Below, piece after piece: positions 1 to 7,529 of a DNA stretch of 14,432 bases. The translations under genes were made by a program, and so were the position numbers. How positions within the stretch are numbered: the stretch's first letter is position 1; each line of letters starts with the position of its first letter. This stretch comes from a virus. Taxonomy: Duplodnaviria; Heunggongvirae; Uroviricota; Caudoviricetes. Where the stretch lies: the IMG/VR virus record IMGVR_UViG_651053020_000002; one strand, 5' to 3'. The notes beneath the pieces were generated by a model. It was given only the letters and a program-made list of their open reading frames with translations, made no database searches and was not told the origin of the DNA.

Positions 1-300
1 ATGACAAAAACAGTATCAACCAGTAAAAAACCCCGTAAACAGCATTCGCCTGAATTTCGCAGTGAAGCCCTGAAGCTTGCTGAACGCATCGGTGTTACTG
101 CCGCAGCCCGTGAACTCAGCCTGTATGAATCACAACTCTACAACTGGCGCAGTAAACAGCAAAATCAGCAGACGTCTTCTGAACGTGAACTGGAGATGTC
201 TACCGAGATTGCACGTCTCAAACGCCAGCTGGCAGAACGGGATGAAGAGCTGGCTATCCTCCAAAAGGCCGCGACATACTTCGCGAAGCGCCTGAAATGA
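1..300 (+). CDS. insE: IS3 OrfA transposase subunit (HTH, leucine-zipper-like C-terminus)
   Basis: 99-aa [56 protein letters not shown]..., recognised as IS3 OrfA; stop overlaps orfB start (ATGA). Confidence 0.93.
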
Positions 301-1163
301 AGTATGTCTTTATTGAAAAACATCAGGCTGAGTTCAGCATCAAAGCAATGTGCCGCGTGCTCCGGGTGGCCCGCAGCGGCTGGTATACGTGGTGTCAGCG
401 GCGGACAAGGATAAGCACGCGTCAGCAGTTCCGCCAACACTGCGACAGCGTTGTCCTCGCGGCTTTTACCCGGTCAAAACAGCGTTACGGTGCCCCACGC
501 CTGACGGATGAACTGCGTGCTCAGGGTTACCCCTTTAACGTAAAAACCGTGGCGGCAAGCCTGCGCCGTCAGGGACTGAGGGCAAAGGCCTCCCGGAAGT
601 TCAGCCCGGTCAGCTACCGCGCACACGGCCTGCCTGTGTCAGAAAATCTGTTGGAGCAGGATTTTTACGCCAGTGGCCCGAACCAGAAGTGGGCAGGAGA
701 CATCACGTACTTACGTACAGATGAAGGCTGGCTGTATCTGGCAGTGGTCATTGACCTGTGGTCACGTGCCGTTATTGGCTGGTCAATGTCGCCACGCATG
801 ACGGCGCAACTGGCCTGCGATGCCCTGCAGATGGCGCTGTGGCGGCGTAAGAGGCCCCGGAACGTTATCGTTCACACGGACCGTGGAGGCCAGTACTGTT
901 CAGCAGATTATCAGGCGCAACTGAAGCGGCATAATCTGCGTGGAAGTATGAGCGCAAAAGGTTGCTGCTACGATAATGCCTGCGTGGAAAGCTTCTTTCA
1001 TTCGCTGAAAGTGGAATGTATCCATGGAGAACACTTTATCAGCCGGGAAATAATGCGGGCAACGGTGTTTAATTATATCGAATGTGATTACAATCGGTGG
1101 CGGCGGCACAGTTGGTGTGGCGGCCTCAGTCCGGAACAATTTGAAAACAAGAACCTCGCTTAG
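297..1163 (+). CDS. insF: IS3 OrfB transposase catalytic subunit (DDE/integrase core); normally expressed as an OrfAB fusion by programmed -1 frameshifting
   Basis: 288-aa ORF containing the characteristic ...[34 protein letters not shown]...[10 protein letters not shown]...[11 protein letters not shown]... motifs of IS3-family transposases. Confidence 0.93.
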
Positions 1164-1193
1164 GCCTGTGTCCATATTACGTGGGTAGGATCA
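1155..1193 (+). repeat. IS3 right terminal inverted repeat
   Basis: Sequence ...CTCGCTTAGGCCTGTGTCCATATTACGTGGGTAGGATCA ends in the IS3 terminal TGATC... on the complementary strand. Confidence 0.85.
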
Positions 1194-2131
1194 GCTTTAC
1201 TAAAATTCATCGTCAATGTATTGGCTTTAACCTGCGCTCCGCGCTCTGCTTGTGAAGTTGAACGAAAAAAATGCACTAAGTATGCACTGACTGCATAGTC
1301 ACGGCAGCGGGCTACTACATCGCGTAAACTCCAGTTAATCGCATTGAGGCGAAGAGAAAGAGGAATTGCGATTTTGCTCCCGGTCTTTTCCTGAATGACA
1401 TGAAGATGATCATCCCAAATATCGCTAAATTTCATACGCGAAATATCACCTAACCGCTGACCAGTAACCAGCGCTAACAGCATGGCATTTCCCATGTAAC
1501 GATGAGTAGCGTCTGCGATATCGAAGATTTTTTTCCATTCTTCAAGGCTCAGCCGTTGTCGGGTAATTTTTCTTCTTGGTTGTTTAGTGGCTAATGCTGG
1601 GTTATAGCCAGGAGGTACTTCTCCGTAGTGCTGCGCCTCTTTGAAAACATCAATCAGGACGGAGCGAACTACTTGTGCCATTCTTGGCCGCCCAGCGGCG
1701 ATATACTCATCAAGCAATTGTGCTATATCTCTGACATCAACGGCTGAGATCAACTTCATTCCTGCTCGTTCTCTGAGCAAGGATACTGGTTTAGCTTTTT
1801 GTTTATAGGTGTTGAGTCTTATATCACCACTTTTAAGCCTGTCATCCTGGATCGCTTGATAGCGATCTAACCAGGTTGACGTTGTGATAGCCTTTCCTTT
1901 GCTGGTTGCGATCCTGTCACTGATAGCCAGAATCTGCCGGGTTCTTTGTTCAGCCAGGCGAGTGTTGGCCTCAGTGGCAATAGCGATAGCTTCAGCTTCG
2001 TTTGTTCCCAAAGCATGGAATTTTCCTGTCACTGGATGCTTATACCGCCAATAGACTTTATTTACCTTCCTACTATAAAGCGGATATAAGTTAGGGACTG
2101 AAACATTATTCTTACGCGGTCTGGCTGCCAT
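1194..2131 (-). pseudogene. intE: Prophage tyrosine integrase (lambda Int family), C-terminally truncated by the IS3 insertion; the ORF reads ~10 codons into IS3 before a stop at 1160
   Basis: Minus-strand ORF 1160..2131 begins MAARPRKNNVSVPNLYPL... and aligns with lambda Int through the conserved Arg (..LVTGQRLGDISRMKFSDI..) and Lys (..EKTGSKIAIP..) boxes, but the region that would carry the H-x-x-R and catalytic Tyr is replaced by IS3-derived codons. Confidence 0.85.
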
Positions 2132-2357
2132 TACTCAAAATCCGTTGCAAAAGTAATGAGTCATTTTTCTTGATTACAGGTGTTACCAACTCCCCAACTA
2201 ACTCGGCGTCCTCACGCACTCGCCATAACCGGCCTTGTTTCATGGCCGGTGGACAAAATAAATTCTGCTTAGCATAACGACGCAATGTGGACACACTTGG
2301 AGGATTACTTCTGTATTTTTCAGCAGCCCATTCTTCAAGAGTTAACATTTGAAGCAT
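2112..2357 (-). CDS. xisE: Excisionase (lambda Xis-like winged-helix protein)
   Basis: 81-aa ORF MLQMLTLEEWAAEKYRSNPPSVSTLRRYAKQNLFCPPAMKQGRLWRV... resembles lambda Xis (..LTLQEWNARQ.. pattern); overlaps integrase start by 20 nt, typical xis-int arrangement. Confidence 0.8.
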   Translation of the reverse strand: MLQMLTLEEWAAEKYRSNPPSVSTLRRYAKQNLFCPPAMKQGRLWRVREDAELVGELVTPVIKKNDSLLLQRILSNGSQTA

Positions 2358-2430
2358 ATGCGATCACCTTATTACTACACTAACTGCTTAGTCTCAGCAT
2401 ATCGACCCTGCACGGTCGGTTAGTTTCTCC

Positions 2431-2519
2431 ACAAAACAGAGAAGAGCACCTGTGGCCACAGCTATCAGGATGGGTCGGGTTATTAACCCGTCATCCGGGG
2501 ATACTCTTCTCTGTTTTGT
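2431..2519. repeat. Perfect 16-bp inverted repeat (ACAAAACAGAGAAGAG at 2431-2446 / CTCTTCTCTGTTTTGT at 2504-2519) enclosing inner palindromes (CTGTGGCCACAG 2451-2462; GGGTTATTAACCC about 2476-2488)
   Basis: Read directly from the sequence; the arms are exact reverse complements. Confidence 0.6.
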
Positions 2520-2525
2520 AAAAAG

Positions 2526-2565
2526 GGCGGTACCAGAAAGGACTAAGGAAAAAACTGGTACCGCC
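2526..2565 (-). terminator. Candidate rho-independent terminator for a leftward (minus-strand) transcript: perfect 11-bp GC-rich stem (GGCGGTACCAG / CTGGTACCGCC) with 18-nt loop, followed on the minus strand by CTTTTTAC
   Basis: Stem arms at 2526-2536 and 2555-2565 are exact reverse complements; a T-run follows on the minus strand (plus-strand 2519-2525 GTAAAAAG). Confidence 0.4.
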
Positions 2566-2821
2566 AAGACTACACACAGCATAAAGTTGTGGTGTCGGGT
2601 GCCCCCGGTGCCTGGCGAAGGTTGCACACCAGGCGGGTGGGTATCCACAGAAGGTCGATTGTCAGCCTCAACCTTAACCCGCGTGCGCTGAGCCGCATTC
2701 ACCACAACGCTAAGGATTCTCTCTGGTTGAAAATACTTAGCTGTTATGTGCCTGTCTTTTCACCACTTCAGGCTCGGTGGTATGCTGGAGTTCTCACACA
2801 GCCAGCAAGCAAGGAAACTTA

Positions 2822-3163
2822 ATGAACCAGTTTTATGTTCACGTTCGTCTATTTGAAGACACAGCCGAACAGACCAAAAAATTTGAAGAATTAATGCTTA
2901 ACTTTCTGTACCAGAAAACAGTTAAAGAGTCTGACGATAGCTGCTGCAGACTGATTCCAGAGGGATATATCCTCAAAAGTACAATGAACTGCCAACAAAT
3001 CCTTGATCAAACATTTTCAATTGCTAACAGTGCCGGTGTTGACGCAAATATATTTGTCTGTAAATTTGAACAAAGCGCATGCTTACTTCCGTCTGCTTCC
3101 TTAGTTGGTAACGATTTCGTTCATTACGATCTTACGCCTAAGCCCATCAAGCTCGATTCTTAA
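2822..3163 (+). CDS. ymfI: Uncharacterised prophage protein (113 aa), opposite in orientation to the flanking leftward genes
   Basis: ORF 2777..3163 with probable start at ATG 2822 (MNQFYVHVRLF...), preceded by GGAAACTT; size and position match my recollection of e14 ymfI; no recognisable domain. Confidence 0.6.
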   Translation: MNQFYVHVRLFEDTAEQTKKFEELMLNFLYQKTVKESDDSCCRLIPEGYILKSTMNCQQILDQTFSIANSAGVDANIFVCKFEQSACLLPSASLVGNDFVHYDLTPKPIKLDS

Positions 3164-3409
3164 AGCCTTAACCATTGTGTCGTGATAAACACGGCTCACC
3201 TTCTCTCCATTGCATGGCAGAGGGGTGAGTGTGTTAGCCATGAAATTCATGAACTCGGTTCGACCAGGGGCTTGCGCCCCGCAAGTCTTTAATGCCTGTT
3301 TTGCTAACAAAATGCGGGCCTCAGTGCCTGCATTTGGCTCTATCTGCTGCAAACGTTTAGCGTCTTCCAGCAACAATGCGATCACATGCTTCAAATTCTG
3401 CTCATTCAT
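3101..3409 (-). CDS. ymfJ: Uncharacterised prophage protein (102 aa)
   Basis: 102-aa minus-strand ORF MNEQNLKHVIALLLEDAKRLQQIEPNAGTEARILLAKQ...; convergent with ymfI and overlapping it by 63 nt at the 3' ends. Confidence 0.6.
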   Translation of the reverse strand: MNEQNLKHVIALLLEDAKRLQQIEPNAGTEARILLAKQALKTCGAQAPGRTEFMNFMANTLTPLPCNGEKVSRVYHDTMVKALRIELDGLRRKIVMNEIVTN

Positions 3410-3511
3410 CTATTCTCTCCACTGAAATCATCCGCTAACGAATCATCCCGGTCTTCGTACGTACCGGGCGGGCTACTTCGTGGGCGTCCTGCCTGTTTGT
3501 TGTTTCTCTTG

Positions 3512-3539
3512 GGTACATTATGTATCTCAAAGGTACATT
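3512..3539. promoter_or_regulatory. OL-like operator candidate: GTAC-cored repeat (GGTACATT at 3512-3519 and 3532-3539; TATGTATctcaaagGTACATT fits GTAY-N7-GTAC)
   Basis: Shares core and spacing with the two palindromes in the cohE-croE intergenic region; lies between the cohE terminator and the ymfJ start. Confidence 0.45.
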
Positions 3540-3546
3540 GTCAAGT

Positions 3547-3571
3547 ATAAAAAAACCTGCCGAAGCAGGTT
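3547..3571 (-). terminator. Rho-independent terminator downstream of cohE (minus strand): 7-bp stem ACCTGC(A)/GCAGGT with a UUCG tetraloop followed by a 7-T run
   Basis: Plus-strand A7 (3549-3555) then stem 3554-3560 / 3565-3571 with loop CGAA; on the minus strand this reads hairpin then TTTTTTT; starts 12 nt after the cohE stop. Confidence 0.65.
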
Positions 3572-3583
3572 CATAAACATTGA

Positions 3584-4258
3584 TTAGGCTTTGATTTTGT
3601 ATCTTCTTGGTTTTCCTGAGAAAATCACAGTACCAATTATAGAGCAATTACCGTTGATCTTAATGTAAGGCTCAGGCCAGTTTGGGTTTAACGCTTTGAG
3701 ATAACGCTGTGTCCCATCTTCTATCAACCTTTTGAAGGTGGTTTCACCTGTATCGTGCATCAATGCAATAACGTCGTCACCGTGGCAGGCAGGTACTTCA
3801 GGATCGACAAAAATCATGTCTCCCGGGCGGTACTCATCAATCATTGAATCACCTATTACCCGCAAGATATAAGTCATTTCCCCACAGGGTACAGGGCAGG
3901 GATACGTTTCTGCTGTGCTCAAATCAACCTCAGAATATCCAACTTCTTTCCATGCTCCGGCCTGTACCCATGATATGACAGGGACTAATGTGATTTGTTT
4001 ATTAGTGATTGAAACATCAGGTTTTTTTGTGATGTTCGTTGTCTGGTGTTCTTGATCGAGCCATCCTACAGGCAGGTCGAAACATTTTTCGATGTGTCGT
4101 GCCATGCTGTCACCGATATTTTTAGTAGCACCATCTCCCATAAACCTGCTGGTCTGGGTTGGCTCGCGATCAATCATAGTGGCAAAGGAAGAATTCCCGC
4201 CAACACCATCTCTCAGTTTTCTGGCGTTAGACCGCCGGATGTCATGGATTGTTTTCAT
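3584..4258 (-). CDS. cohE: Prophage CI-like repressor: N-terminal HTH DNA-binding region and C-terminal LexA/S24-type autopeptidase domain
   Basis: 224-aa ORF; C-terminal part ..ILRVIGDSMIDEYRPGDMIFVDPEVPACHGDDVIALMHDTGETTFKRL.. carries the Ser (GDSM) and Lys of S24 peptidases; divergent from a Cro-like gene. Confidence 0.88.
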   Translation of the reverse strand: MKTIHDIRRSNARKLRDGVGGNSSFATMIDREPTQTSRFMGDGATKNIGDSMARHIEKCFDLPVGWLDQEHQTTNITKKPDVSITNKQITLVPVISWVQAGAWKEVGYSEVDLSTAETYPCPVPCGEMTYILRVIGDSMIDEYRPGDMIFVDPEVPACHGDDVIALMHDTGETTFKRLIEDGTQRYLKALNPNWPEPYIKINGNCSIIGTVIFSGKPRRYKIKA

Positions 4259-4273
4259 AACGAAATTAAAACC

Positions 4274-4294
4274 CTTGTACCGTTAAGGTACAAG
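4274..4294. promoter_or_regulatory. Operator candidate O(R)-a: 21-bp palindrome CTTGTACC-GTTAA-GGTACAAG
   Basis: Arms are exact reverse complements; sits just upstream of a -35-like TTGAAG (4299-4304) in the cohE-croE divergent region. Confidence 0.6.
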
Positions 4295-4322
4295 TATCTT
4301 GAAGGTTCATTTCAATCATGTA

Positions 4323-4345
4323 ATATGTACACCGGAGGTACATAT
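4323..4345. promoter_or_regulatory. Operator candidate O(R)-b: 23-bp palindrome ATATGTAC-ACCGGAG-GTACATAT overlapping the putative croE -10 (TAATAT 4321-4326) and the croE ribosome-binding site
   Basis: Arms are exact reverse complements; GTAC cores are 11 bp apart, the same spacing as in O(R)-a. Confidence 0.6.
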
Positions 4346-4348
4346 TGT

Positions 4349-4549
4349 ATGAAAGCGTATTGGGACTCTTTAACCAAAGAACAGCAGGGCGAGTTGGCCG
4401 GAAAAGTTGGCTCAACACCTGGCTACTTACGGCTGGTTTTCAATGGCTATAAAAAAGCCAGTTTTGTGCTGGCTAAAAAACTTGAGCAATACACATCAGG
4501 TGCAATTACGAAATCTGACTTAAGACCGGATATCTATCCGAAAGATTAG
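4349..4549 (+). CDS. croE: Cro-like small HTH regulator (66 aa)
   Basis: ATG at 4349 preceded by GGAGG (4334-4338); MKAYWDSLTKEQQGELAGKVGSTPGYLRLVFNGYKKASFVLAKKLEQYTSGAITKSDLRPDIYPKD has a Cro/YdaS-like HTH; the upstream part of ORF 4046..4549 overlaps cohE on the opposite strand and is not expected to be coding. Confidence 0.8.
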   Translation: MKAYWDSLTKEQQGELAGKVGSTPGYLRLVFNGYKKASFVLAKKLEQYTSGAITKSDLRPDIYPKD

Positions 4550-4580
4550 CAGAACACTTTCAATTTTTAACCACAGAACG

Positions 4581-5150
4581 ATGAGGCTAATCGTGGGTAA
4601 GCATCACTGGAAAATAGAAAAACAGCCTGAGTGGTACGTGAAAGCTGTCAGAAAAACTATCGCGGCGTTGCCGAGTGGTTACGCTGAAGCGGCTGACTGG
4701 CTCGATGTAACAGAAAACGCTTTATTCAACCGCCTTCGTGCAGATGGCGATCAGATTTTCCCGCTGGGATGGGCAATGGTTTTACAGCGTGCTGGTGGCA
4801 CTCACTTCATTGCTGATGCTGTGGCGCAGTCTGCAAATGGCGTCTTTGTGTCTCTTCCTGACGTCGAGGATGTGGACAACGCCGATATTAACCAGCGTCT
4901 GCTGGAAGTCATTGAACAGATCGGCAGTTATTCAAAACAGATTCGTTCAGCAATCGAAGACGGTGTAGTGGAACCGCATGAGAAGACAGCAATTAACGAC
5001 GAGCTGTATCTCTCAATTTCGAAGCTGCAGGAGCATGCAGCACTTGTCTACAAAATTTTTTGCATTTCAGAAAGTAATGACGCCCGCGAGTGTGCAGCTC
5101 CGGGCGTCGTGGCGTCGATTGCTTCTGGTTGTGGAGAAACTAACGCATGA
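4581..5150 (+). CDS. ymfL: Prophage CII/YdaT-like putative regulator (start uncertain: ATG 4581 or GTG 4593, which has a GAGG 6 nt upstream)
   Basis: 189-aa ORF immediately downstream of the Cro-like gene, the position a CII analogue occupies in lambdoid phages. Confidence 0.7.
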
Positions 5151-5485
5151 ACAGTTTAACAACACACTACCGTCGCTCGCAACTGATTGCGCTTCCTGTA
5201 CCGGGTGGAAAAGCGAAGGTGGAATATTGCTATGCAGTGAATGTACCAGGTGACAGGGAAATTGTAACCCACAGCTTTGCAGAGTGGGCTGTGGGTGATT
5301 TCAACCGGCAGAAGGAGACAGTCCTTTGCGACAAGTTAACCGCTGGTTCAAAGATCACTACGGAGTGCCCGTCAGAGTCATTCGTTGGGAGCCGGAAACA
5401 CAACGGGTTATCTACCTCCGCGAAGGTTATGAGCATGAATGCTTCAGCCCGCTCGAACAGTTTCGTCGTAAATTCAGGGAAATAG
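5147..5485 (+). CDS. ymfM: Small prophage protein (112 aa); I recall ymfM being reported as an SOS-inducible cell-division inhibitor
   Basis: 112-aa ORF whose start overlaps the ymfL stop (ATGA); function from memory of the literature, not visible in the sequence. Confidence 0.65.
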
Positions 5486-5494
5486 AGGTCGGTC

Positions 5495-6862
5495 ATGAGC
5501 ACTAAATTAACCGGCTATGTATGGGATGGTTGCGCTGCATCAGGCATGAAGTTATCCAGCGTGGCAATTATGGCCCGCCTGGCTGATTTCAGTAATGACG
5601 AAGGTGTGTGCTGGCCATCAATTGAAACCATTGCCCGTCAGATTGGCGCGGGGATGAGTACCGTCAGAACGGCTATCGCACGGCTGGAAGCAGAAGGCTG
5701 GTTAACGCGTAAGGCGCGTCGCCAGGGTGATGGTTCATCACCCCACTGTGCCGTGGTGGATGAATATCACGAGCACGCCACAGATGCGCTTTACACCACG
5801 ATGCTTACCGGGATGGGGGCGCGACGCCAGCCACTGATGTGGGCCATTACCACCGCCGGGTACAACATTGAGGGGCCGTGCTACGACAAACGGCGGGAAG
5901 TCATCGAGATGCTCAACGGCTCGGTGCCAAACGATGAACTGTTCGGGATCATCTATACCGTTGATGAAGGTGACGACTGGACCGACCCGCAGGTGCTGGA
6001 AAAAGCCAATCCAAATATTGGCGTGTCGGTTTATCGCGAATTTTTGTTAAGTCAGCAGCAGCGTGCGAAAAATAACGCCCGTCTGGCAAACGTCTTTAAA
6101 ACAAAACACCTCAATATCTGGGCGTCGGCGCGTTCGGCGTATTTCAACCTGGTGAGCTGGCAGAGCTGCGAGGATAAATCACTGACCCTTGAGCAGTTCG
6201 AGGGGCAGCCGTGCATTCTGGCCTTTGACCTGGCGCGTAAGCTGGATATGAACAGCATGGCGCGACTTTATACCCGCGAGATTGACGGTAAAACGCATTA
6301 CTACAGTGTGGCCCCGCGTTTCTGGGTACCGTATGACACGGTGTACAGCGTCGAGAAAAATGAAGATCGCCGGACAGCCGAACGCTTTCAGAAATGGGTG
6401 GAAATGGGCGTTCTGACCGTTACCGATGGTGCGGAGGTGGATTATCGCTACATCCTCGAAGAGGCCAAAGCGGCGAACAAAATCAGCCCGGTCAGTGAGT
6501 CACCCATCGACCCCTTCGGGGCGACCGGGCTGTCACATGACCTTGCTGATGAAGACCTGAACCCCGTCACCATCATTCAGAACTACACCAACATGTCCGA
6601 TCCGATGAAAGAGCTGGAAGCGGCGATTGAATCGGGGCGCTTTCATCATGACGGCAATCCCATCATGACCTGGTGTATCGGCAACGTGGTCGGCAAAACC
6701 ATTCCGGGTAACGATGATGTGGTGAAGCCCGTCAAGGAGCAGGCGGAAAACAAAATCGATGGTGCAGTTGCGCTGATTATGGCGGTTGGCAGAGCCATGC
6801 TGTACGAGAAAGAAGACACGCTGTCTGATCACATTGAGTCCTACGGGATCCGCTCGCTTTAA
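5495..6862 (+). CDS. ymfN: Deletion-fusion ORF: N-terminal phage replication-initiator (O-like) HTH region fused in frame to the C-terminal part of a terminase large subunit; I recall this as the e14 ymfN region (oweE/aaaE fragments in later annotation)
   Basis: 455-aa ORF; the N-terminus (..[50 protein letters not shown]..) looks like replication-protein HTH, the remainder (..[41 protein letters not shown]..) looks like terminase large subunit; ribosome-binding site AGAGG upstream. Confidence 0.8.
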
Positions 6863-6873
6863 CTGAGGTAATT

Positions 6874-7056
6874 ATGATCATGCTGATTCTCGCGCCTCTG
6901 GTGGGCGTGCTGGGTGCGCTTTTGCTGGCGTATGGTGCCTGGCTGATTTATCCCCCGGCGGGTTTTGTTGTTGCCGGGGCGCTGTGCCTGTTCTGGTCGT
7001 GGCTGGTGGCGCGATATCTCGACCGTACACAGTCGTCTGTCGGCGGAGGTAAATAG
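6874..7056 (+). CDS. ymfR: Small hydrophobic (membrane) protein, 60 aa
   Basis: [49 protein letters not shown]... is strongly hydrophobic; GAGG 5 nt upstream; stop overlaps the next start (TAGTG). Confidence 0.5.
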
Positions 7057-7529
7057 TGTTCTTTTCGGGATTATTTCAACGAAAAAGTGACGCACCGGTG
7101 ACCACGCCAGCAGAGCTGGCGGATGCCATCGGGCTGTCGTATGACACCTATACCGGAAAGCAGATCAGCAGTCAGCGGGCTATGCGACTGACGGCGGTTT
7201 TTTCCTGCGTCAGAGTGCTGGCAGAGTCGGTCGGGATGTTGCCCTGCAATCTGTATCACCTGAACGGCAGCCTGAAGCAGAGAGCCACCGGCGAACGTCT
7301 GCATAAACTGATCTCCACGCATCCCAATGGCTATATGACGCCGCAGGAGTTCTGGGAGCTGGTGGTCACCTGTCTGTGCCTGAGGGGAAACTTTTACGCC
7401 TACAAAGTGAAAGCATTTGGCGAAGTGGCTGAACTGCTGCCCGTCGATCCCGGCTGTGTGGTATATGCGCTGGGAAGGTGTCAGCGATGGCCTGAAGGTG
7501 ACCGCCGGGAGTGTTATTCAGCGCGATGA
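7056..7529 (+). pseudogene. beeE: Phage portal protein N-terminal fragment (GTG start), cut off by an internal prophage deletion
   Basis: 157-aa ORF with portal-like N-terminal sequence that ends where a baseplate-J-like reading frame takes over (junction about 7440-7480); GGAGG 6 nt upstream of GTG. Confidence 0.7.

Larger units (their letters stand above)
1..1193 (+). mobile_element. IS3 insertion sequence, partial (window begins at orfA start codon; left inverted repeat lies outside the window); right end at 1193
   Basis: OrfA (99 aa) and OrfB (288 aa) in the IS3 arrangement with ATGA overlap at 297-300; reverse complement of 1155-1193 reads TGATCCTACCCACGTAATATGGACACAGGCCTAAGCGAG, matching the IS3 terminal inverted repeat as I recall it. 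Confidence 0.93.

Noticed and set aside
77-1175. ORFs 77..295(+), 165..440(-) and 900..1175(-) inside IS3
   Set aside because: Alternative-frame or antisense ORFs within the well-defined IS3 orfA/orfB; IS3 is known to encode only these two proteins.
2394-2705. 103-codon minus-strand ORF between xisE and ymfI (from memory, once annotated as ymfH)
   Set aside because: It spans the nested inverted repeats and GC-rich hairpins, the translation is low-complexity (P/G/T/R-rich) with no motif, there is no convincing ribosome-binding site, and it is overlapped by equally long ORFs in other frames; more likely structured non-coding DNA.
2452-2822. Plus-strand ORFs 2452..2691 and 2589..2822
   Set aside because: Overlap the structured intergenic region in frames without start context; arginine/proline-rich translations typical of chance ORFs in GC-rich DNA.
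3210-3647. ORFs 3210..3425(+) and 3435..3647(-)
   Set aside because: The first is antisense within ymfJ; the second spans the ymfJ upstream region, the OL-like repeats and the cohE terminator and runs into the cohE 3' end; no ribosome-binding sites.
4046-4348. Long N-terminal extension of the croE ORF (4046..4549) and ORF 4092..4286
   Set aside because: These run antisense through the cohE 5' coding region and the operator/promoter region; the Cro-like domain starts at ATG 4349, which has a strong GGAGG site.
4738-5502. ORFs 4738..4968(+), 4978..5253(+) and 5230..5502(-)
   Set aside because: Alternative-frame or antisense ORFs inside ymfL/ymfM with no independent signals.
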